In this document: piece by piece, positions 33,968 through 44,345 of the stretch
How positions within the stretch are numbered: position 1 is the first letter of the stretch
Layout: each line of letters begins with the position of its first letter
NCBI GenBank assembly: GCA_938003925.1
Contig: CALKWQ010000016.1
Coordinates: 16,363-80,362 of the forward strand
Length of the DNA: 64,000 nt
Source: an uncultured bacterium
Lineage (GTDB): Bacteria; Patescibacteriota; Patescibacteriia; Patescibacteriales; UBA12465
Direction of reading: 5' to 3'
Program-made: the position numbers and the translations under genes
Notes under the pieces: model-generated
Told to the model about the DNA's origin: nothing
The model's input: the letters and a program-made list of their open reading frames with translations, nothing else
Databases searched by the model: none

Positions 33968-36900
33968 TGTATTTTGATGCCCTAACAAATACTGTATATT
34001 TAGATAGATTTGTGTTTTCTAGCAAAACTAATTCTATAATAGGTGGTATTCATAAAGATAACTTATTTTTACAAAAAGTTCATCCAGAATGGGAAAATAT
34101 AGAATGGTATGTATTCTATATGCAAAGTTGGAACCTTTCTGGAAATTTTTTAATTAGGCTTCATTATAAGGCTGTAAATTTTGGAATTAAGAAAGATGGT
34201 TATGACTCTATTCAAGCTGAGATTAGACTTGGATATACATCGTATTATATAACAGAAGATAGTGAGGCTTGGATAGAGCAAGAAATAAAGGATGGAATGT
34301 CTGACTTCTATGTTTCTATAACTAATAGAACTTATCAAATTGTTATAGACGCATATTTAGAAATAGACTACCTAGAAGTAATGCCAATATTTCCACCATA
34401 TAATTGGACTGGTTATGAATATACTTTGCCAGCCAAAATATCTGGGGATAAGTATATAGATTCAAAGATAAAGCTATATGGCAGCTCAGACGACCCAGAA
34501 CTTTTACCATTATATACACTTGATGGTACACTACCAACTATTTCAAATACTAACTTAGAACATTTAGTTTATTATGATAGTGATAAGTATTCAGATATTA
34601 TTAAAACTCAAACTACTGTAATAAATTCTGATACTATTGTAAACCAAAGTGTACTATACATGAAGTCTTTATTTGATAGACTAAGTGGTTTTACACCATC
34701 TTACTATGCTTCTAGAATTATGCTATTTAGCAATACTAAACTTAGTAGTTATAATCCTATTAATAATAGCTTTATAGAAGATTTTAAACTAGGGCCTATA
34801 AAACTAGGCTGGAATAGTGAAGATAGTTTAAATAATGGATGGCAGTTCACATCTAATGGCCTAAAGACACCAATTATACGTGATGGAAGTTGTAGTATAT
34901 TTTCTACTAATTGGCCGGCAGATTTTAGTATAACTAGCATTACTGTAAATTATTCTATCTTAGTATCTGGCTCATTTAGTGGCAATTTTAGACTACGTTT
35001 AATGTATAGTGATGGTAGTTCTAGCTATGAAACATACTTAGATACTACTTTTGGTGAGCATATATTTAGTCTAACAAATTTAGATACCAGTTTTCCTTAT
35101 AATGGTTATTTAGGTTTTTCATATGATTCTTATGCCTATATGGGTGGTGATATAAACCAACAGATAACTATAAATGCTATTACATTTAGTCCTGAGTATA
35201 AAAAAGAACTTGGCACAGCACAGCTCGTTAATGGTACTGAATTATTTCCTAATAGCATACCTAGCCTAGACTGGCGGGCTACTGGCAATTGGCATTCATT
35301 TTTACAGCCAAGTTATTTTAGTGGCGACTATACTCTAAAATCTCCACCTGTACCAACTAACAAATATACTAAGTTTAGTTTAGAGTTTACATGTATAGAT
35401 GGTAGCTTAGAAATAGACTGGCTATGTCTAGTTAAAGGGTATGTTTTAATATGGCTGGATAATATACCTTTTACTAGTGATAAATTATATAACTATTTCC
35501 TACCGTTTAAAAAAACTATTGATGTATTAAGTGGAAGCCATACTATCTCCATTATGGCGTATAAATATAGTTGGCATACTGAAGATGACCAGTTTAGTTC
35601 AGTATATATAAATAGTATCAGCTACCCCACTGATAATGGTATAGAGGTATTTAATAACAATACTAAAGATAATTATAGTGTAAGTTATGAAAGTGGTGAC
35701 ACAGCATATTATTTTAGTTTTACACCAACAAATAGTCTGAACACTTGGAATTGGGAAGCTGTATCTAATGTATTAAATATGCCAGATATAAAAGCTTTTG
35801 GATCTACTGTAATAGGTACAGAAGTAAATACACTTAGCATAACAATTCCTCTTAGTAAAGGGCAATATGTTACTGCATATGGTTATACTAATTACCAACC
35901 ACCAGCTATAGTATGGTATGATTTTAGTCAGAGTCCTGGTATAATAGAGTATTATGGATACTACCATAAACTATACATAGATTGTAGTTGGGGTGGAACT
36001 CAAGAACAATATGACAACTATGGTATAGATGGTTATAGAGTTATTAATTGGGGAACTTATTTCTCATTAAGAGTCCCATATAACAATTTAGGCGCATCGT
36101 ACTATGTTAGTCTGCCAGAAGATGTACCTGTACCTGATACTGGAACTATATCGTTCAGTATAGTTGCCGATAATGTAGACTTTGAAGGTAGTCATTATTT
36201 TACTAAAATTATACTACCTACACCAACAGAAGAAATAATGGCTAATATTAGCCCAATAAATGATATTGTTATATTTCCAATACAAGTAGAATTTAGTATT
36301 AATAATAATTTAGATATATTATATACAACTGATGATACAGATCCAAAAATAAGTTTAACTAGTAAAATATATAGTGGTCCATTTAGCCTGACAGAACCAA
36401 AATTAATACGCTATTGTATAAAGGTTATTTCAACAGGTATATTTTTAGAAGGAGAATTTTCTAAGCTATACCTTGATAAAGAACTAAGTAATTTTGTAAT
36501 ACTATACGATACTTTTATGATAGGTATTGATAAGTATGTAAAATTTTATTCAGTACCTTGGCATATACCAATAGTTATTTTTCAGTCTGATGAAAATGGC
36601 CTAGTACCTACTTTTTATAAAGACCCAATTAAGCTTAGTCAAGGTCTTAATAGCTTTGCTATAACTACTCCTATTATAACTACTTTACAGAGTTATAATA
36701 AAGTTGAATCATTTCTATATAGCTTTGATTTTTTCAATACTATGCTATATAGTATTGAAAATGGTTTAGTATCTAATGATGGAACTTATAGAACATTACT
36801 ATATTCTATAGATTATGAAATTAGTGCATTCAAACCTAGCATAATACCATCTGTTTTACCAGGAGTATATTATAATAATTTTACTCTAACAGTTAGGTCT

Positions 36901-37740
36901 AATTTAGAAAATTATACAATTGACATTATGCGCAATAATTGGGAACAATTTAGCGATTTACTTATAGATAAAGACTGTAGTATATCATTAAGACTACTAG
37001 ATATAACAACTGGCATATACTATACTGAAGTATTTAACTATGAAATTAAAGCTACTGATACAGATTATATTAATTTTAGTTTTATAACTAGACTAGAGCA
37101 TAGTCTTATTAATTATAGCACTTTTATAAAACAGTGTTTAAGCTCAATAGACCAAAAATTTTCAACCTATATAACCAGCTTTAATTATTATAACTTAGCA
37201 GAAAAATCTGTTAAGTTACTGTATAGTGATTATACTAAGTATATATTAGATAATAATATAATCACCCTATTTTCAGATGAAGCAATGCAAAAACCATTTT
37301 CATTTCATTTTAATTTAGTCATACAGCCAAATGAATATTTATTAATACCAGATGAATATACTACTGTATATGTTAATGATTCTAGATTTTTAACCTATAG
37401 TCAGGATAATAATATTATACAATTCGGTTCTAAATTAGCCTCTAATACTAATTGTACAATAGTTCCTGATATGGCGTTAAGACTATGTGTTGAAAATTAT
37501 AAACAATATAGCAGTTCAGTAAAAGTATGGACAAATGTGCCAATAAATAATTACTTAATAGTAAATTCAGACTTTGTAGAATTAAGTAATGATAATGAGT
37601 CATACTCAAATGTGCTAAAATTGGCTAATAACTACTTATATATTAGATGTATAAAACCTAATAGTTTAGAATTAAATAAATCTATGCTTAATATAGCGAT
37701 AAAAATAATAGCATATGAGGAATATACTAATGAGCTTTAG
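33967..37740 (+). CDS. giant tail-tip protein (1257 aa)
   Basis: TAATG-coupled. It has CHB_HEX_C-like stretches (ILYTTDDTDPKISLTSKIYSGPFSLTEPKLIRYCIKV) and a weaker version of the family C-terminus (FVELSNDNESYSNVLKLANNYLYIRC). Confidence 0.55.
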   Translation: MYFDALTNTVYLDRFVFSSKTNSIIGGIHKDNLFLQKVHPEWENIEWYVFYMQSWNLSGNFLIRLHYKAVNFGIKKDGYDSIQAEIRLGYTSYYITEDSEAWIEQEIKDGMSDFYVSITNRTYQIVIDAYLEIDYLEVMPIFPPYNWTGYEYTLPAKISGDKYIDSKIKLYGSSDDPELLPLYTLDGTLPTISNTNLEHLVYYDSDKYSDIIKTQTTVINSDTIVNQSVLYMKSLFDRLSGFTPSYYASRIMLFSNTKLSSYNPINNSFIEDFKLGPIKLGWNSEDSLNNGWQFTSNGLKTPIIRDGSCSIFSTNWPADFSITSITVNYSILVSGSFSGNFRLRLMYSDGSSSYETYLDTTFGEHIFSLTNLDTSFPYNGYLGFSYDSYAYMGGDINQQITINAITFSPEYKKELGTAQLVNGTELFPNSIPSLDWRATGNWHSFLQPSYFSGDYTLKSPPVPTNKYTKFSLEFTCIDGSLEIDWLCLVKGYVLIWLDNIPFTSDKLYNYFLPFKKTIDVLSGSHTISIMAYKYSWHTEDDQFSSVYINSISYPTDNGIEVFNNNTKDNYSVSYESGDTAYYFSFTPTNSLNTWNWEAVSNVLNMPDIKAFGSTVIGTEVNTLSITIPLSKGQYVTAYGYTNYQPPAIVWYDFSQSPGIIEYYGYYHKLYIDCSWGGTQEQYDNYGIDGYRVINWGTYFSLRVPYNNLGASYYVSLPEDVPVPDTGTISFSIVADNVDFEGSHYFTKIILPTPTEEIMANISPINDIVIFPIQVEFSINNNLDILYTTDDTDPKISLTSKIYSGPFSLTEPKLIRYCIKVISTGIFLEGEFSKLYLDKELSNFVILYDTFMIGIDKYVKFYSVPWHIPIVIFQSDENGLVPTFYKDPIKLSQGLNSFAITTPIITTLQSYNKVESFLYSFDFFNTMLYSIENGLVSNDGTYRTLLYSIDYEISAFKPSIIPSVLPGVYYNNFTLTVRSNLENYTIDIMRNNWEQFSDLLIDKDCSISLRLLDITTGIYYTEVFNYEIKATDTDYINFSFITRLEHSLINYSTFIKQCLSSIDQKFSTYITSFNYYNLAEKSVKLLYSDYTKYILDNNIITLFSDEAMQKPFSFHFNLVIQPNEYLLIPDEYTTVYVNDSRFLTYSQDNNIIQFGSKLASNTNCTIVPDMALRLCVENYKQYSSSVKVWTNVPINNYLIVNSDFVELSNDNESYSNVLKLANNYLYIRCIKPNSLELNKSMLNIAIKIIAYEEYTNEL

Positions 37741-38515
37741 TATACCCAATCTAGACATACAATATTTAGAGTATAGCAGTAGGGATCCTATAAGTACTGA
37801 TTACCATTTATTTAAGCTTGGTCAAATCAGCATAAATTTTAATCAGTTCTATATTTATAACAGTAATAGTAATAAAATTATGCTAATAACAGACTGGGAA
37901 TTAATTAACTCTACGTATATAAAAATAAAACTTGATACTGATATTGATAAGTTTCATTCATCAGTAGGTACTAGGCATATAATACTTACTACGCAGTCTA
38001 GCCTAAATGTAGACTTTATAGATAAGACTGGACAAACAGGAGTTCAGTATGTATATGGTAAGTTTAGTATAAATAATGACTCTAGATATAAGTACATGAA
38101 TACCCATGTTGTTAGTACTGATTTATCTGTTGCCTTAAAGTCTAATAAATATCCTTATACTACAGAAAATATTAGTTATGTTAATGGTAGTCCTTCTAGT
38201 AATATATCACCACAAATAAGCGGCTATTATGATCCTAATAATTTTTGGTTATTTCATCGAAATAAGTATGTATCTAGCTGCAGCCTAAATGGCTATGTAT
38301 CAGGCTACAATGCGTCTAAAGGTATAGCCGAACTAGTGTATAAGGGAATAATAGAGTTTAGTCTATCTAGTTTAGGCCCGTGGTCTACTAGCTTAAGTAT
38401 AGGTAATATAGATCGCAATAGTTATAAACAAATTTTTTATAGATGTGGTAAAGATATATCAACGCAGTATAAAGCTTTAAATAGTTTAAAAGTGTTTATA
38501 ACGGAGGTAGTATAA
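37715..38515 (+). CDS. tail-tip protein, member of the shared C-terminal module family
   Basis: C-terminus is IIEFSLSSLGPWSTSLSIGNIDRNSYKQIFYRC...LKVFITEVV. An alternative in-frame start lies at 37730. Confidence 0.5.
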   Translation: MRNILMSFSIPNLDIQYLEYSSRDPISTDYHLFKLGQISINFNQFYIYNSNSNKIMLITDWELINSTYIKIKLDTDIDKFHSSVGTRHIILTTQSSLNVDFIDKTGQTGVQYVYGKFSINNDSRYKYMNTHVVSTDLSVALKSNKYPYTTENISYVNGSPSSNISPQISGYYDPNNFWLFHRNKYVSSCSLNGYVSGYNASKGIAELVYKGIIEFSLSSLGPWSTSLSIGNIDRNSYKQIFYRCGKDISTQYKALNSLKVFITEVV

Positions 38516-39348
38516 TGGCTTTAAATCTATATAATCATTCAAGCTGTGTAGCATCATCTAAAATATTGTCTGCTTACTGTGTAGAAATGAGCCAAGCTTT
38601 AACTATAGACTATAAACAATATTTAATACCTACTACTACTATGCTAACATCTGATTTATTAAGTGTTTACTTAGCAGTATTTAACGTAGACCATTTTGAT
38701 CTAATAAAGGTCAATTCTCAAGATATAACGCTACAAACAGGTAATAAAGTTACTATAAGTAATCAGCCAGTAGAATATATGCAACTACATAATAGAGTTA
38801 TGTTTATTCCAAAACTTCCTGCTAATTTATGCTATACAGGAGTGGATGGTTCAGTAGTTGAGAGTAAAAGACCATTATGGTTAAAGCGTTCTGATAGCTT
38901 AAAAGCTTATGATTATATATCAGTAACTAGTATAGACTATTTTTCAAAAATATATACAATAAAAGAATATCCTAATATTACTTTTGTTAATGGACTAGGT
39001 TCTGGGTTTTTTAATCTAACTTCTGACTATACTAATGTAGTTGTCGATTTTGATGGACAGCGTATTGGAACAGCTAGTAGTATTTTAAGCACTAGTACAT
39101 TACAGTTAGATACAAACTATACCTCGTCCGGTCCATCAAGAGCTTTTTTATATCATCAAGGTGATTTAGAATTTGCATTAGATAATAACGGCTCTCCAGG
39201 TATATGGTCTAGATGTTTAAATTTACCGGTAATAGACACAGATATACCAACTAAGTTTTGGTTTAAAAATTATAAAGAAGTAACCAGTCAATTATCAACT
39301 ACAGCTAATAACTCTATAAGAATATTAGGCACAGAGTTTTTATTATGA
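38515..39348 (+). CDS. tail-tip protein, member of the shared C-terminal module family
   Basis: C-terminus is GDLEFALDNNGSPGIWSRCLNLPVIDTDIPTKFWFKN...IRILGTEFLL. Confidence 0.55.
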   Translation: MALNLYNHSSCVASSKILSAYCVEMSQALTIDYKQYLIPTTTMLTSDLLSVYLAVFNVDHFDLIKVNSQDITLQTGNKVTISNQPVEYMQLHNRVMFIPKLPANLCYTGVDGSVVESKRPLWLKRSDSLKAYDYISVTSIDYFSKIYTIKEYPNITFVNGLGSGFFNLTSDYTNVVVDFDGQRIGTASSILSTSTLQLDTNYTSSGPSRAFLYHQGDLEFALDNNGSPGIWSRCLNLPVIDTDIPTKFWFKNYKEVTSQLSTTANNSIRILGTEFLL

Positions 39349-42300
39349 GATATATTAATGAAACTATAGCTTACTCTAGGTATAGCGAGTCTATAAAGAA
39401 GTTAGAACTAATAGCTGGAGGCTATTTAACTCTAAATAGTTCTACATTTACACCAACATTTACATTTGGCGCTAATAATAGTCCTTATCTTTACTCCTAT
39501 GAAGGAAGAGCTTTATACGCAGATATAAATAGAGATATGAAGCTTAGTGGTATATTTGATTATGCTAGAAATATATACTACGCTGATAAATTAGTGGTCA
39601 TGTTAGATGAATATTTAGCAGTATCTAGTGATAATATAAATTGGAATAAATTTAAACTACCAAGTAATAAATCTATAGTGCTAACATATTCTAATTTTTA
39701 TAACTCTTATGTATTTTTCAATGGCAGTGTATGTGTTAGTATTAATTCACCTGTGCTTAGATCAAATTCTTCTTATCCAAATTTTAAACTACCAGAAGAT
39801 TTTTTAAGCCTACCAACTGCAATAGATAGTGGGACTAATATAAGTGATATTGGCTATATTTGCAACCAAACTGGGTATTGGTCACCAAAACCAGTTTATC
39901 ACTTATGCTCTACTAGCTATATAGCAAGTAGCTACTCAGCATTTAAGGTAGCCAATTCTAATATTATAGACATAAGTATTTTTTCTGGCTTAGGTAAGCA
40001 TTGGGTTGATGGCATTTGGAGCTGGGAATGGTACGATTATGTTGGAGCTTTTGTTGATGACTATGAAAAAGTACAATTTTTTTCTTGCTCTAACGGTGAA
40101 ATATCATTTAGACTACTATCATCTAGTTCTTTATTACTAAATAATACAGTTCAAGCTAGTAGTATAGCTGTACCATCAGACACAGTCTACAATGTAATTC
40201 AATATAAATTTATATATGATAAAGATAGTATTAATCAAGCTACTAGTACACTACAGGTATTTGAGAAATATTACGCTGTAGCCAGTAATGGCTTATATGA
40301 ATTAACCTGGAATGGTATTAGTTTTGATTATTTATTTGTTTTAGCGGATACTTTTGATACAGTTCTATACTATACTACAGAATATGTAACAAAATGGAAC
40401 TATTATGGCTCAGCTATAGTAGGAATAGAAGTTCATAGGTTACATATATACTGTAAAAATGGTAAACATATAGTTGTAGACTCATCAGATAAATCAATAT
40501 CTACTATTTATGGCTCATTTAGCATGGGAGTAGAATTTAAATCATTTACTTTTTATGCCACTGAGGATCATTTATTCACATCTATTGATAATAAATTATA
40601 TAAATTAGCTAATTACAACAGTCTAGAATTAAAGGCTAGTATAGACTTTGATACTATAATAATGCGTAATCGTTGGATACTAACAGACTATAAGCTATAT
40701 TATTTAGACAATACACTGGGTATTAGTAATGCTATTGATCCATACTATACTAGACTTGGTGTATACTATAACAGTAGTAATCAGCCAGTATACTTCTCTA
40801 CTAGATATCATAGAAGAATAAGCATATACTATAATAGTTATGATAATAGCTATGTATTATTTGACTATGATACAAAGTATGAATATATAACTACTGATTT
40901 TTTAGTATTTAATGAACATAAGTATACAGAAGTTCCTTACACCAGTACGGCTACATTACTTCCTCAAATAACTAGTATTATAGAAATAAATAGCGTAAAA
41001 TATTTTATAAATGCATACTCTGATTATCCTATATTTAGAAAAGAAGTAAATGAGTATGTAGCTGGTTTTCAAAATGAACAGGTTATCAGCTCGGCTAAGT
41101 ATGCTATACCATATAATGGTTCAATACTGTCAGAAGTAACAAATTCTGTGGCTCAGTATGATACTACCTACTTACGCGCATTAATATCTAGTTACAGTGA
41201 GCAGTTGGTTGGTATATTAAAATCTAATGAGATTATAACTAGTATAAGCTATGAACAGCCAGAATATTTATTAGCATCTTTATCTATTAGAACTAATTTA
41301 TATAGAAGCTCTCATACAATATATACAGCTAGTCAAGCTATAATAATATCAGGTACTGCGCATCATGTTGACGCTAAACTAGCTATAAGACAATTAGACG
41401 ATACTATTGTATATGAACAAGTAGTTAGTGGGCTTAATTTTAATTCAGATATTAAAGTTTTATTCATTAATATACCAGATAACTATGTTGATCATTACTT
41501 AGATATAAAGTTTTATGCTAAAAAGAGTTATAATGACAGCTCTGCTAATATGCATTTTAGCATAAATGTGCATAAAATAATTAATGTAAGCTTTAAAGTT
41601 AGAGATGATTTAGGCCTAATAAAGTTACAATCTAATGAGCATATTATAAATGACTTTAATGATATAAACTATATTTTATCTGGCAATTGGCAAATGGTCA
41701 CTAATAGTCATATACAGTATTATATTAGTTTAGAGGATTTATTAGGCCTTAATACAGAGGCAGGTACTGACTATAGCCTATTTTATGATGGAGGACTGTT
41801 ATATCTAATAAAAAGAGTTCTAACCGCTAGAATATCTATTTATGAGTATAATTTTATTGGTTCTGTTAGTTTGACCAGTTTTAATAATGGAGTAGAATCT
41901 GAAGTATTTGATCAAAAAGTTTTAGACTGGTTTGATACTATTAAGCCTAATTTATTAAATATGTATACTAGCTACATGGGCGTTCTAACTATAAAACTAG
42001 TGTATAGTTTTTTAACAAATGGTTTAGCAGTTAATACAGGCACAGGTACCATTGATTTTAAATATCCTGCTAGTACCTCTTTTACAGAGCTTATAGCCAA
42101 AGATTCTAATAGAATCGCTATAAATAGCGACGGCTATTTTAGTTTAGAAACAAGATCATCTTCAGCAATAGGCACACAATCGCAGTATGGCTGGCATCAT
42201 TATATACTAATGCAAAAAATTAGTAGCTATAGTCTATTAGATATTTTATACTTTACTGTAGGCAGTAAAACTAGAATAGTTGCCTGTAACGTTAATGGTG

Positions 42301-44336
42301 ATATACTATATACAGATAGTATTTATCATAATTGGGTAACTAGTAATCTATCGCAGTATAAGTTAAACAAACTTATATATTTTGATAAAAATGGGTATAA
42401 ATTGGCTGTTTGTGGATCTAATGGTGAGTTATACATTTCTTTAGATTATGCCATTAGCTTTAATAAGATTACTATACCAACTAGTATAAACATTACTTGC
42501 ATGAGTTACTTTGGAACTAGACTATTTCTATTTGGTGACAATACTATATGTTTTAGTGATGATTTAACTAATTGGACACTTCTAGGCCATAATTTAGAAT
42601 TTTTACCATTAACTGCCTATATTAGCCAGTCTGTTCTATATGTTGGGTGTAAAGATGGCGTAATTATTAAAACTAATGATGGTACGTACTGGTCATATAT
42701 GTCTTCAAATACTAAAGCTGACATTAATAAATTTGTATATGCCATAGGAAATGTTAATTTTTATTATCCTAATCCTATATTTTATAGCCTAATAGCTAAT
42801 TTTATTGATAAAATAGACTATAGTAAAATACATAGTGGCGATTTAGTATACTTTAATAATGTAGAAACAGTAGTCCATGAAGTAACCAATGTTGCTATTG
42901 ATGGCTTTAATGTAACACCTTCTTATACAGGGGTATCTGTTGTACCAATGACTAAAATGCATGTATGGACAGACGTATTAATAAATCCAAAGTTTAAAAT
43001 TTACACAGATAGTAGCTGCACTAATGAGCTTCAACAACAGCTATATGTGTCTGCTACTAACAGCCTAATAGACACAGGTACTGATTATAGACTAGAAATA
43101 ACTTTTGAGTCTAATGACATACTTATGAATATATCGTATGTATGTGGTTATTTATGGTTAGATTCTACTAGTAGTTATAGTAATATAGTTTTTGAATTTT
43201 CGTCTAAAATTGAGCTAACTAATTATAAGACGGCTGTTTTTAACATAGCTTATACTGATATACCAATTGGTTATGATGTTAGAATGGAAAATATGAAATT
43301 TGTAGGCATTCCAAGTAATAGCCTATGGCTAGACTATTTTGCATCTACTGATGAAACAATAATATCTTATTTATATATAAAACTTATTGATGATACTTTA
43401 TATGATAATTTAACAATTACGTCTCGTAGCCAATATAGTAATACTAGATTTTTATTTAATTCTTTAATATGGAATGCCCAGCAATATGACAGTAGTAAGT
43501 TACATGGTTTTAACAGAACTAGAGCTATAGCCCCTAAAGAAAATAATGAGTACTGGCCACTTAGTAGTCCTTATTCTTCGCAGTCATTTTATAACGGTAT
43601 TGAGTTGGAGCTATCAGATAGTTTACTTAGGTATATATCTATAGGTAGCTATTGTATTAGTCATGGTGTATTAGGCATAGTATCTAGTATAGCTAAGCAG
43701 TCAAATAATAAGTATATAATAAATACTACTTACCCAAGTGGTATAACACCTTATAGCAATAGTGGTTTTTTATCTGAGACATATGCTAAGCATAACATAG
43801 TTTTAATTAATGGTTCAGCATCTCTAAGCCTAGGTGATAGAAGTGGAAATTATTACATTATAAAATCTATTGACTGCTCGTTTAGAGAGCTAAAAAACGT
43901 TACAAACGGTGTAATAATTTTTAATAATAGATGCTATACTAAGTCGCAACAATTAACTAGCTCAGGCTATCCTGGTGCTGGCTGGTACTACATATCAGAT
44001 ACTAGTATAGCTATACATGAGTTTTACTACTTTGATAGCTATAGGCTTATTTATAGCGTTCCAATTAGTGCATATACTGGTCAAGTTAGCTATATTAAGC
44101 TAGAAGACAATTTTGGCTATACAACTGATTCTTTACAGCCATTATATGATTTCGAGCCTGGAAACTTAGAATTTAGCTTAGACTCTGAGCCTAATAGTTG
44201 GGAAAGAATTTTAGACTTACCACAAATGACTAAAAATACTACTATAAAAGTTAATGTAAAACAAACAAGAGTAAATTTTAAACCAGGTCTTTTAGCCAAT
44301 ATTGTCACAATCCATGGTGTAGAATATTTAGTATAA
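39345..44336 (+). CDS. giant tail-tip protein (1663 aa) with Asp-box/BNR-like beta-propeller region and family C-terminal module
   Basis: Asp-box-like motifs include SSDNINWNKF, SDDLTNWTLL, TNDGTYWSYM and SLDYAISFNKI. The C-terminus is GNLEFSLDSEPNSWERILDLP...VTIHGVEYLV. Confidence 0.6.
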   Translation: MRYINETIAYSRYSESIKKLELIAGGYLTLNSSTFTPTFTFGANNSPYLYSYEGRALYADINRDMKLSGIFDYARNIYYADKLVVMLDEYLAVSSDNINWNKFKLPSNKSIVLTYSNFYNSYVFFNGSVCVSINSPVLRSNSSYPNFKLPEDFLSLPTAIDSGTNISDIGYICNQTGYWSPKPVYHLCSTSYIASSYSAFKVANSNIIDISIFSGLGKHWVDGIWSWEWYDYVGAFVDDYEKVQFFSCSNGEISFRLLSSSSLLLNNTVQASSIAVPSDTVYNVIQYKFIYDKDSINQATSTLQVFEKYYAVASNGLYELTWNGISFDYLFVLADTFDTVLYYTTEYVTKWNYYGSAIVGIEVHRLHIYCKNGKHIVVDSSDKSISTIYGSFSMGVEFKSFTFYATEDHLFTSIDNKLYKLANYNSLELKASIDFDTIIMRNRWILTDYKLYYLDNTLGISNAIDPYYTRLGVYYNSSNQPVYFSTRYHRRISIYYNSYDNSYVLFDYDTKYEYITTDFLVFNEHKYTEVPYTSTATLLPQITSIIEINSVKYFINAYSDYPIFRKEVNEYVAGFQNEQVISSAKYAIPYNGSILSEVTNSVAQYDTTYLRALISSYSEQLVGILKSNEIITSISYEQPEYLLASLSIRTNLYRSSHTIYTASQAIIISGTAHHVDAKLAIRQLDDTIVYEQVVSGLNFNSDIKVLFINIPDNYVDHYLDIKFYAKKSYNDSSANMHFSINVHKIINVSFKVRDDLGLIKLQSNEHIINDFNDINYILSGNWQMVTNSHIQYYISLEDLLGLNTEAGTDYSLFYDGGLLYLIKRVLTARISIYEYNFIGSVSLTSFNNGVESEVFDQKVLDWFDTIKPNLLNMYTSYMGVLTIKLVYSFLTNGLAVNTGTGTIDFKYPASTSFTELIAKDSNRIAINSDGYFSLETRSSSAIGTQSQYGWHHYILMQKISSYSLLDILYFTVGSKTRIVACNVNGDILYTDSIYHNWVTSNLSQYKLNKLIYFDKNGYKLAVCGSNGELYISLDYAISFNKITIPTSINITCMSYFGTRLFLFGDNTICFSDDLTNWTLLGHNLEFLPLTAYISQSVLYVGCKDGVIIKTNDGTYWSYMSSNTKADINKFVYAIGNVNFYYPNPIFYSLIANFIDKIDYSKIHSGDLVYFNNVETVVHEVTNVAIDGFNVTPSYTGVSVVPMTKMHVWTDVLINPKFKIYTDSSCTNELQQQLYVSATNSLIDTGTDYRLEITFESNDILMNISYVCGYLWLDSTSSYSNIVFEFSSKIELTNYKTAVFNIAYTDIPIGYDVRMENMKFVGIPSNSLWLDYFASTDETIISYLYIKLIDDTLYDNLTITSRSQYSNTRFLFNSLIWNAQQYDSSKLHGFNRTRAIAPKENNEYWPLSSPYSSQSFYNGIELELSDSLLRYISIGSYCISHGVLGIVSSIAKQSNNKYIINTTYPSGITPYSNSGFLSETYAKHNIVLINGSASLSLGDRSGNYYIIKSIDCSFRELKNVTNGVIIFNNRCYTKSQQLTSSGYPGAGWYYISDTSIAIHEFYYFDSYRLIYSVPISAYTGQVSYIKLEDNFGYTTDSLQPLYDFEPGNLEFSLDSEPNSWERILDLPQMTKNTTIKVNVKQTRVNFKPGLLANIVTIHGVEYLV

Positions 44337-44345
44337 GGAGAGTAT

